Positions 18,984 through 26,595 of a stretch of 32,000 bases of DNA are shown here, in pieces. The stretch's first letter is position 1; the number at the start of each line of letters is the position of its first letter. The translations under genes were made by a program, and so were the position numbers. The stretch covers positions 1,170,001 to 1,202,000 of the forward strand of contig NZ_CP042911.1 of NCBI RefSeq assembly GCF_008065095.1, read 5' to 3'. The notes below the pieces were generated by a model. The model did not search any database. It was not told where the DNA came from and worked only from the letters and a program-made list of their open reading frames with translations. The DNA is from Gemmata obscuriglobus (GTDB taxonomy: Bacteria > Planctomycetota > Planctomycetia > Gemmatales > Gemmataceae).

Positions 18984-19133
18984 CGCCGTAACGGGAGAAC
19001 ACCCCGCACGATCCCGGCGTAATCGGGGCCGATCAGGTCTGGAGTTTGGTGCGGGGCGATGTTTCGGATGCGGCCCGCCCGCACCGCCCGACCGTTCCGG
19101 CTGGGTAATTTTGACCGGACGGAACGGATTGAA

Positions 19134-19162
19134 TTGACTCCGGCGGGACAACCGACTATCCT
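19134..19162 (+). promoter_or_regulatory. candidate sigma-70-type promoter upstream of the DUF1501 gene
   Basis: TTGACT (19134-19139), 17-nt spacer, TATCCT (19157-19162), about 170 nt upstream of ATG 19332. Pattern match only; planctomycete promoter rules are poorly defined. Confidence 0.25.
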
Positions 19163-19331
19163 CTACTGCCTGCGAGAATGTTTTCCGCTGCCACAGCGTT
19201 CTCGCCGCATTGCCCGCCTTCAATCAATCGCTGCCCGCCCCCAGGCCCCGCCCTGCGCCAGCCGTATTGTCTAAACCGCACGAATTCAGCCCACAAAATA
19301 ACCCACCCAGTCCCGACGGGAGTTACCGCCG

Positions 19332-20690
19332 ATGAATCTGCTGTCGCGTTGCATCGGGTCGCATTCCATGCGGGTGGAACCCCCCGCGGGTTCCCCCCGG
19401 TCCCCCCTCCTGTTTAACCGCCGGAACTTCTTGCACGTGGGGGCCATCGGCGCCCTCGGCCTCACGCTGGACCAGTACCTGCGGCTCCAGGCCGCCGAGC
19501 CGGCCGCCAACAAGAAGAAGCCCAAGGCCGAGGCGTGCATCCACATCTTCCTGCCGGGCGGCATGGCCCACCAGGAGAGCTGGGACCCGAAGCCGTTCGC
19601 CCCGGTCGAGTACCGCGGCGAGATGGGCACGGTGAGGACCAAGATCGAGGGCGAGGTGTTCAACGAGTGCCTCGCCAAGACGGCGGCGGTCGCGGACCAG
19701 ATCGCCGTGTGCCGGGCGATGACCCACGGCGAGGCGGCCCACGAGCGGGGCACGCACAACATGTTCACCGGCTACCGCCCCAGCCCGGCCCTCAAGTTCC
19801 CCAGCATGGGGAGCGTGGTGAGCCACGAGCTGGGCGTCCGCAACAACCTGCCGCCCTACGTCGCGGTGCCGAGCATGCCGGCCCAGGAGGCGGGCAGCGG
19901 CTACCTGTCCTCGTCGTTCGCCCCGTTCAGCCTGGGCAGCGACCCGGCCAACGGCGGCTTCAAGGTGCAGGACCTGGCGCTGCCCGGGAGCGTCACCCCG
20001 GACCGGTTCGCCGGCCGCCGCAACATGCTCGACGCGGTCAACGCGCACTTCGCCGGCAAGGAGAAGTCCGACAACCTCGACGCGATGGACACCTTCTACC
20101 AGCGGGCCTACGGGCTCATCAGCAGCGAGAAGGCCCGCGACGCGTTCGACATCAACAAGGAAGACGCCAAGCTCCGCGACGCCTACGGCCGCAACGCCGC
20201 CGGCCAGCGGATGCTCATGGCCCGCCGGCTCGTTGAGGGCGGCGTGCGGTTCGTGACCCTCACCTACGGCGGGTGGGACCTGCACAACGGCATCGTGCAG
20301 GGCACCAAGAACCAGCTCCCGCAGTTCGACCAGGCGTTCGCGGCGCTGATCACCGACCTCAAGACCCGCGGGCTGCTGGACAGCACCCTGGTCATGGTGT
20401 CGAGCGAGTTCGGCCGCACCCCGAAGATCAACGGCACCGCGGGCCGCGACCACTGGCCCAAGGTGTTCTCCGTGGTGCTCGCCGGCGGCGGCATCAAGAA
20501 GGGGCTCATCTACGGCAAGTCCGACGCCACCGCGACCGAGCCCGAGGAGGACGCGCTGACGGTCGAGGACATGGCGCACACGGTGTACACCTGCCTCGGC
20601 ATCGACGCCGACAAGCGGCTGATGTCGCCGGGCGACCGGCCCATCGACATCGTTCGCGAGGGGCACACCCGCAAGGACCTGCTGGCGTAA
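19332..20690 (+). CDS. DUF1501 domain protein (sulfatase-like fold family) with Tat-type signal
   Basis: Twin-arginine motif NRRNFLHVGAIGALGL. Family-typical GGMAHQESWDPKP and GRTP..NGTAGRDHWP motifs. GGGAG lies 10 nt before the ATG. Confidence 0.88.
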   Translation: MNLLSRCIGSHSMRVEPPAGSPRSPLLFNRRNFLHVGAIGALGLTLDQYLRLQAAEPAANKKKPKAEACIHIFLPGGMAHQESWDPKPFAPVEYRGEMGTVRTKIEGEVFNECLAKTAAVADQIAVCRAMTHGEAAHERGTHNMFTGYRPSPALKFPSMGSVVSHELGVRNNLPPYVAVPSMPAQEAGSGYLSSSFAPFSLGSDPANGGFKVQDLALPGSVTPDRFAGRRNMLDAVNAHFAGKEKSDNLDAMDTFYQRAYGLISSEKARDAFDINKEDAKLRDAYGRNAAGQRMLMARRLVEGGVRFVTLTYGGWDLHNGIVQGTKNQLPQFDQAFAALITDLKTRGLLDSTLVMVSSEFGRTPKINGTAGRDHWPKVFSVVLAGGGIKKGLIYGKSDATATEPEEDALTVEDMAHTVYTCLGIDADKRLMSPGDRPIDIVREGHTRKDLLA

Positions 20691-20851
20691 CGCGGGAAGA
20701 GAAATGGCCGCAAGAGAATGGCCGCAAAAAAGCACAAAAAGCACAAAATAGAGAGAATCAGAAAATGAACCGCACCCTGTTCCGCTGCTTGCTGTCTTCT
20801 TTTGTGCTTTTTGTGCTTTTTTGCGGCCATTCTCTTGCGGCCTCTCCCGCG
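20691..20851. repeat. long hairpin H2: perfect 43-bp inverted repeat (20706-20748 / 20800-20842) with a 51-nt loop, plus a 7-bp outer extension
   Basis: The left arm ggccgcaagagaatggccgcaaaaaagcacaaaaagcacaaaa is the exact reverse complement of the right arm. The outer pair cgcggga (20691-20697) / tcccgcg (20845-20851) starts directly after the DUF1501 stop. The loop contains ATG 20765. Confidence 0.95.
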
Positions 20852-23266
20852 CTGGGGGCGATCCAGCCGCGCGGGGCGCAGCGCGGCACCGAGGCCACGC
20901 TCACCTTCCAGGGCGGGCGCCTCGCCGACGCGCAGGAGGTGCTCGCGTACTACCCGGGGATCAGCGTCAAGAAGCTCGAAGTCGTCAACGACGCGACCCT
21001 GAAGGTCGCGGTGACGATCGCCCCGGACTGCCGGCTCGGCGAGCACGTGTTCCGGGTCCGCACCGCGACCGGGGTCTCCGACGCCCGCACGTTCTGGGTC
21101 GGCGCCCTGCCCGTGATCGACGAGGTGGAGCCGAACAGCGAGTTCGAGAAGCCCCAGCCGGTCCCGCTGAACGTGACCGTTCACGGGGTGGTGCAGGCCG
21201 AGGACCAGGACTACTTCGTTGTCGAGGGCAAGAAGGGCCAGCGGCTGTCCGTCGAGGTGGAGGCGATGCGGCTCGGGACCACGTTCTTCGACCCCTACGT
21301 CGCCATCCTCGACGCGAAGCGGTTCGAGCTGGCCACCGGCGACGACTCCGCGCTGGGCGGGCAGGACGGCGGGTGCTCGGTGGTGCTCCCGGCCGACGGC
21401 AAGTACATCGTCCAGGTCCGCGAGAGCGCCTACGGCGGCAACGACGCGTGCCAGTACCGGCTCCACATCGGCAACTTCCCGCGCCCCACGGCCGTCGTGC
21501 CCGCGGGCGGCAAGCCGAACGAGGAGCTGGAGGTCACCTTCCTGGGCGACCCGGCGGGGCCGATCAAGCAGAAGGTGAAGCTCCCGGCGAGCGACGCGAA
21601 CGCCTGGCGGCTGCACTGCCAGACGCCGGACGGCGTCCACCCCGCCGGCTTCAAGTTCCGCGTCACCGACCTCCCGAACGCCTTCGAGACGCCGAACAAC
21701 GGCGGCCCCGCGACCGCCAGCCCCGGCCCCGCGCCGGGCGCGTTCAACGGCGTGATCGCGCAGCCCGGCGAGACCGATTACTTCAAGTTCGCGGCCAAGA
21801 AGGGGCAGGTGTTCGACCTGCGGTGCATGGCCCGCGCGCTCGGCTCCCCGCTCGACCCGGTGCTCTACGTGGGCAACGCCCAGGGCGGCGCGCTGGCGGG
21901 CAACGACGACAACGGCGGCCCGGACAGCTACATCCGGTTCACCGCCCCGGCCGACGGCGACTACACCCTCTGGGTCCACGACCACCTGCGCAAGGGCGGC
22001 CCGGACTACTTCTATCGCGTCGAGGTGGCGCCGGTCGCGGCGTCGGTCACCACCACGATCCCGAAGGTGGACGGGAACAACCTCACGAACCAGGACCGGC
22101 AGACGTTCACCGTCCCGAAGGGCGGGCGGTACGCGTCGCTCGTCATCGCCAACCGCGCCGACGTGGGCGGGCCGCTCACCATCGGGTTCGACAAGCTCCC
22201 GGCCGGGGTGACGGTCAGCGCCGAGCCGATGGAGCCGGGGCTCAACGTCGTCCCGGTGGTGTTCGAGGCCAAGCCGGACGCGCCGACCGCGGGCACCCTG
22301 GTCGCGATCAGCGCGACCCACCCCGACCCGAACGTGAAGGCCCCGAGCCGCACCGCCCTTGATGCGGCGCTCACGCTGGGGCCGCCGAACCAGACGATCT
22401 ACGCCCGCCACGAGCTGGACCGCACCGCGATCGCGGTCGCCGAGGCCGCCCCGTACTCGATCGAGGTGATCGAGCCGAAGGTGCCGCTGGTGCAGAACGG
22501 GGGCGCCAACCTCCGCGTGGTCGCCAAGCGGGCCGAGGGCTTCAAGGGGGCGATCACGGTGTTCCCGCTGTGGACCCCGCCGGGCATGGGCATCCAGGGC
22601 TCGGCGGTGATCCCCGAGGGGCAGACCGAGTGCGTGCTGCCGATGAACGCCGCCCCCGACGCCGGCGCCCGGAAGTGGAAGACGGCCGTCCACGCGGTCG
22701 CGGACGCCGGGAAAGGCCCGGTGTGGACCGCGAGCCGGCTGTTCACGCTCGAGGTCGTGGCCCCCATCGTCACGCTCACGATGGAGCGCCCGGCGGTCGA
22801 ACAGGGCGGGCAGACGCAACTGTTCTGCAAGGTCGCCGTCGGCGCGCCGTTCGAGGGCAAGGCGAAGGTGAACCTGATCGGCCTGCCCGCGAAGACCACC
22901 TCGCAGACGGTGGAGATCACCAAGGACACGAAAGAGTTCGCGTTCCCGATCACCGCGGACAAGACCAGCCCGGTGGGGCAGCACAACGTGTTCGCGCAGG
23001 TGATCGTCGAGCGCGCGGGCGAACAGATCGCGGGCAACACCGGCGGCACGCAGCTCCGCATCGATGTCCCGCTGCCGCCCAAGGTGGCCGCCACGCCCCC
23101 GCCGAAGCAGGAGGCCCCCAAGACGCCGACGCCGGCCCCGCCCGCCAAGGCGCCCGAGAAGCGGCTCACGCGGCTCGAACAGCTCCGCAAGGAGGCCGAG
23201 GAGCGCGAGAAGGCCGCGGCGGGCGGTGCACCGGCCCCCAAGAAGGAAGAGCCGAAGAAGCCGTGA
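20765..23266 (+). CDS. secreted protein with two PPC (pre-peptidase C-terminal)-like domains and a P/K/A/E-rich tail
   Basis: Signal peptide MNRTLFRCLLSSFVLFVLFCGHSLAA. PPC-like segments: VHGVVQAEDQDYFVVEGKKGQRLSVEV...DGKYIVQVRE and FNGVIAQPGETDYFKFAAKKGQVFDL...DGDYTLWVHD. C-terminal PPKQEAPKTPTPAPPAKAPEK...KKEEPKKP. Confidence 0.8.
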   Translation: MNRTLFRCLLSSFVLFVLFCGHSLAASPALGAIQPRGAQRGTEATLTFQGGRLADAQEVLAYYPGISVKKLEVVNDATLKVAVTIAPDCRLGEHVFRVRTATGVSDARTFWVGALPVIDEVEPNSEFEKPQPVPLNVTVHGVVQAEDQDYFVVEGKKGQRLSVEVEAMRLGTTFFDPYVAILDAKRFELATGDDSALGGQDGGCSVVLPADGKYIVQVRESAYGGNDACQYRLHIGNFPRPTAVVPAGGKPNEELEVTFLGDPAGPIKQKVKLPASDANAWRLHCQTPDGVHPAGFKFRVTDLPNAFETPNNGGPATASPGPAPGAFNGVIAQPGETDYFKFAAKKGQVFDLRCMARALGSPLDPVLYVGNAQGGALAGNDDNGGPDSYIRFTAPADGDYTLWVHDHLRKGGPDYFYRVEVAPVAASVTTTIPKVDGNNLTNQDRQTFTVPKGGRYASLVIANRADVGGPLTIGFDKLPAGVTVSAEPMEPGLNVVPVVFEAKPDAPTAGTLVAISATHPDPNVKAPSRTALDAALTLGPPNQTIYARHELDRTAIAVAEAAPYSIEVIEPKVPLVQNGGANLRVVAKRAEGFKGAITVFPLWTPPGMGIQGSAVIPEGQTECVLPMNAAPDAGARKWKTAVHAVADAGKGPVWTASRLFTLEVVAPIVTLTMERPAVEQGGQTQLFCKVAVGAPFEGKAKVNLIGLPAKTTSQTVEITKDTKEFAFPITADKTSPVGQHNVFAQVIVERAGEQIAGNTGGTQLRIDVPLPPKVAATPPPKQEAPKTPTPAPPAKAPEKRLTRLEQLRKEAEEREKAAAGGAPAPKKEEPKKP

Positions 23267-23300
23267 TATGATGGCCGCGTCCGCCCGCACGGAGAGAGCC

Positions 23301-23540
23301 ATGAGCGAAACGGCCGAAAAACTGACAGCGGCTTTGCTCGAACTGCCGCTTGCCGAGCGGCTCGAAGTGATGGACGCGCTCGCCGCTTCGCTCACCGGCC
23401 CACCGGCCCCGTTCGTCACAGCCGGTGCCGAGTTCGGAACCGAACTCGACCGCCGCCGGGCCGAACACGAGAGCGGCGCGGACCCGGGCGTGCCGGCCGC
23501 CGACTTCTTCCGTGAGCTGCGCGAGCGCCGGGGGAAGTAG
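23301..23540 (+). CDS. putative addiction-module antitoxin component (TIGR02574-like)
   Basis: LLELPLAERLEVMDALAASL ... ELDRRRAEHESG ... FFRELRER matches the usual pattern of this small antitoxin family. GGAGAG lies 5 nt before ATG 23301. The stop overlaps the toxin start. Confidence 0.75.
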   Translation: MSETAEKLTAALLELPLAERLEVMDALAASLTGPPAPFVTAGAEFGTELDRRRAEHESGADPGVPAADFFRELRERRGK

Positions 23541-23857
23541 TGAAACCGGCCCGCCTGCACTCACTGGCCCAGGCCGAGATCGTCCGGGCGGTGGCGTTTT
23601 ATAACGACGCGCGGGCCGGCCTGGGGGACGAATTCGCGGACGAGGTCGAAGCCGCAATCGCCCGCATCGAGCGGCACCCGAAAGCCGCCCCGCCGGACCG
23701 CAACGGCTACCGCAAATGCGTCGTCGGGAAGCGGTTCCCGTACGCGATCTTTTACTACGAGTACGACGCCCACGTTTGGGTTGCGAGCGTGTACCACAGC
23801 AGTCGCGAACCCGACGCCTGGACCGACCGCACGCCCGAAACCGGCGACTCCAACTGA
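23540..23857 (+). CDS. ParE/RelE-superfamily toxin (plasmid stabilisation system protein)
   Basis: The GTG start overlaps the antitoxin TAG by 1 nt (taGtg). AQAEIVRAVAFY..., IERHPKAAP, FPYAIFYYEYDAHVWVASVYHSSREP is the typical ParE/RelE-fold C-terminal pattern. Confidence 0.8.
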   Translation: MKPARLHSLAQAEIVRAVAFYNDARAGLGDEFADEVEAAIARIERHPKAAPPDRNGYRKCVVGKRFPYAIFYYEYDAHVWVASVYHSSREPDAWTDRTPETGDSN

Positions 23858-23884
23858 CGCCGCCACCGCACGAGGCTCACCAGC

Positions 23885-26302
23885 ATGCGCTACGCCTATC
23901 TGCTCGCGACGCTCGCCCTCGCCCTCGGCGGCGCCGCCCGCGCGCAGACGATCGCCGTCTACCCGCCGGACGTCAACCTCGAAACGGCGCGGGACCGGCA
24001 GTCGTTCGTCGTGCAGCTCACGCAACCCGACGGCATCACGCGCGACGTGACCGCCCAGGCGCAGGTCACCTTCGCGAACCCGGCGCTGGTGAAGCGCGAG
24101 GGCGTGTTCGTGCTGCCCGTCGCCGACGGCGCTACGGACATGGTCGTCGCGTTCGGCGGCCAGACGGTGAAGGTGCCGGTGAAGGTGACGCGGGCGAAGG
24201 AGGACCGGCCGGTCTCGTTCAAGCAGGACGTGATGCCGGTGTTCATGCGCGCCGGGTGCAACTCCGGCGGGTGCCACGGCGCCGCCCGCGGCAAGGACGG
24301 GTTCCGGCTGTCGCTGTTCGGGTTCGACCCGGACGGCGACCACTTCCGGCTCACCCGCGAGGTCAACGGCCGGCGGGTCAACCTGGCGGTGCCGGCCGAG
24401 AGCACGCTGTTAGAGAAGGCCACCGGGAAGGTCGCCCACACCGGCGGCGGGAAGATCAAGGAGGGGGACGAGTACTACCAGACGATCACGCGGTGGCTCG
24501 AGGCCGACGCCCCGACGGACGCCCCGACCGTGGCGCTGCCGGTGGGCCTGGAGGTGTACCCGCCGTCCGCGGTGCTCGACGGCCGGGACGAGAAGCAGCG
24601 GCTCGTCGTCCGCGCGAAGTACAGCGACGGCACGGACCGCGACGTGACCGCGCTGGCGCTGTTCCTGAGCAGCAACGACAGCGCCGCGAAGATCCCGCCG
24701 GACGGCGACGGCACCGCCACCGCGGGCGACCGCGGCGAGGCGTTCCTGATGGCCCGGTTCCACACGTTCACCATCGGGGTGCCGTTCATCACCCTGCCCA
24801 AGGACCTGAAGTTCGCCTGGACCAACCCGCCCGAGGCGAACTACATCGACACGCTGGTCCACAACAAGCTGAAGAAGCTCCGCATCGAGCCCTCGGGCGT
24901 GTGCGACGACCAGACGTTCGTGCGCCGGGTGTACCTCGACATCGTCGGCGGGCTGCCCACCCCCGAAGAGTACGCCCGGTTCATGGTCTCGACGGTGCCG
25001 AACAAGCGCGAGCTGCTCGTGGACGAGCTGCTCGACCGCAAGGAGTTCTCGGAGCTGTGGGTGCTGAAGTGGGCCGAGCTGCTCCAGATCCGGTCGTCGA
25101 ACGAGGTCAGCTACAAGGCGATGCTCCTCTACTACGGCTGGCTGCAGGAGAAGATCTCCCGCAACGTGCCCACCGACGTGTGGGTGAAGGAGCTGCTGGG
25201 GGCCAACGGCGGCACGTTCAAGAACGCGGCGACGAACTACTACCAGCTCGAGCGCGACGTGCTGAAGGTGACGGAGAACGTGGCCCAGGTGTTCATGGGC
25301 ATGCGCATCGGCTGCGCGCAGTGCCACAACCACCCGTTCGACCGCTGGACGATGGACGACTACTACGGGTTCGCGTCGTTCTTCACGCAGATCGGCCGCA
25401 AGGGCACCGACGACGCCCGCGAGCTGGTGATCTTCAACTCCGGCGGCGGCGAGGTGAACCACCCGGTCCACAAGCGGCCGATGCCGGCGAAGTTCCTCGG
25501 CGGCACCGCCCCGGCGGACGTGGCCGGCAAGGACCGCCGGGTGGTGCTGGCGAACTGGCTCGCCTCCCCGGAGAACCCCTACTTCGCGAAGAACCTGTCG
25601 AACATCGTGTGGAACCACTTCTTCGGCCAGGGGATCGTGAACGAGGTGGACGACGTGCGCATCTCGAACCCGGCGAGCAACCAGGAGCTGCTGGACGCGC
25701 TCGGGAAGAAGTTCACCGAGTACAAGTACGACTTCAAGAAGCTGGTGCGCGACATCTGCACGTCGCACACCTACCAGCGGGCGACGCAGCCCACCAAGAC
25801 GAACGAGAGCGACACCCGGAACTTCGCCCGCGGCCCGATCCGCCGCATCCGCGCGGAGACGATGCTCGACGTGATCACGCAGGTGACCGACACGAAGAAC
25901 AAGTTCCAGGGGCTGCCGCTGGGCGCCCGCGCGGTGCAGATCGCCGACGGCGGGGTGAGCACGTACTTCCTGACCACCTTCGGCCGCCCGACCCGCGAAA
26001 CGGTGTGCGCGTGCGAGGTGCGGCTCGAACCGACGCTGTCGCAGAGCCTGCACCTCCTGAACGGCGGCACGGTGGAGCCCAAGATCGCACAGGGGAACCT
26101 CGTGGGCCGGCTGCTGCAGGAGAAGAAGTCGCACGCGCAGGTCGTCGAGCAGATTTACATCCGCTGCCTGAGCCGCGGCCCCAAGCCGGACGAGTTGAAG
26201 AACCTGCTCGCCGTCGTGGACGCGGCGAAGGACAAGAAGCAGGCGCTGGAGGACGTGTTCTGGGCGGTGATGAACTCGCGCGAGTTCATGTTCAACCACT
26301 GA
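23885..26302 (+). CDS. DUF1549/DUF1553 (PSD1-type) protein with N-terminal Ig-like domains
   Basis: Signal peptide MRYAYLLATLALALGGAARAQ. GCNSGGCHG motif. DUF1549-like NYIDTLVHNKLKKLRIEPS..FVRRVYLDIVGGLPTPEE. CAQCHNHPFDRWTMDDYYGFASFF. DUF1553-like LANWLASPENPYFAKNLSNIVWNHFFGQGIV. Confidence 0.9.
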   Translation: MRYAYLLATLALALGGAARAQTIAVYPPDVNLETARDRQSFVVQLTQPDGITRDVTAQAQVTFANPALVKREGVFVLPVADGATDMVVAFGGQTVKVPVKVTRAKEDRPVSFKQDVMPVFMRAGCNSGGCHGAARGKDGFRLSLFGFDPDGDHFRLTREVNGRRVNLAVPAESTLLEKATGKVAHTGGGKIKEGDEYYQTITRWLEADAPTDAPTVALPVGLEVYPPSAVLDGRDEKQRLVVRAKYSDGTDRDVTALALFLSSNDSAAKIPPDGDGTATAGDRGEAFLMARFHTFTIGVPFITLPKDLKFAWTNPPEANYIDTLVHNKLKKLRIEPSGVCDDQTFVRRVYLDIVGGLPTPEEYARFMVSTVPNKRELLVDELLDRKEFSELWVLKWAELLQIRSSNEVSYKAMLLYYGWLQEKISRNVPTDVWVKELLGANGGTFKNAATNYYQLERDVLKVTENVAQVFMGMRIGCAQCHNHPFDRWTMDDYYGFASFFTQIGRKGTDDARELVIFNSGGGEVNHPVHKRPMPAKFLGGTAPADVAGKDRRVVLANWLASPENPYFAKNLSNIVWNHFFGQGIVNEVDDVRISNPASNQELLDALGKKFTEYKYDFKKLVRDICTSHTYQRATQPTKTNESDTRNFARGPIRRIRAETMLDVITQVTDTKNKFQGLPLGARAVQIADGGVSTYFLTTFGRPTRETVCACEVRLEPTLSQSLHLLNGGTVEPKIAQGNLVGRLLQEKKSHAQVVEQIYIRCLSRGPKPDELKNLLAVVDAAKDKKQALEDVFWAVMNSREFMFNH

Positions 26303-26315
26303 GAAGGCCCCAAAA

Positions 26316-26554
26316 CCCCGGGGTTTTCACCCCGGCAATGATCCCGGGGTTTTCACCCCGGGCAATGATCCCGCGCCCCGTTGGGGCGAAAGACCCCGGG
26401 GTTATCACCCCGGGCTATGAACAGCCGCCCCGTTGGGGCGAAGGCAGGTTGGTCTTCCGCCCCAACGGGGCGCGGGATCATTGCCCGGGGTGAAAACCCC
26501 GGGATCATTGCCCGGGGTGACAACCCCGGGATCATTGCCGGGGTGACAACCCCC
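26316..26554. repeat. compound palindrome H3: three forward and three inverted 27-nt units around a central hairpin
   Basis: Forward units at 26316, 26343 and 26394 (cccggggttttcaccccgggcaatgat). Inverted units at 26477, 26504 and 26531. 26343-26388 pairs perfectly (46 bp) with 26458-26503. Each unit contains its own CCGGGGT/ACCCCGG mini-hairpin. gccccgttggggc occurs twice forward and once inverted. Confidence 0.95.
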
Positions 26555-26595
26555 TGGGCTCGGCTGAAGACAAAGACACCGTGAGGCTTCCTGAT

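Noticed and set aside
20822-20824. Lipoprotein lipobox at the Cys of ..VLFCGHS.. in the PPC protein signal peptide.
   Set aside because: L-F-C does not fit the [LVI][ASTVI][GAS]C lipobox. SLAA-SP fits a type I signal peptidase site better.
26316-26554. CRISPR array or integron attC site as an explanation for the 27-nt repeats.
   Set aside because: The units abut each other with no unique spacers and appear in both orientations. There are no cas genes or integrase, and no R'/R'' GTTRRRY core sites were recognised.
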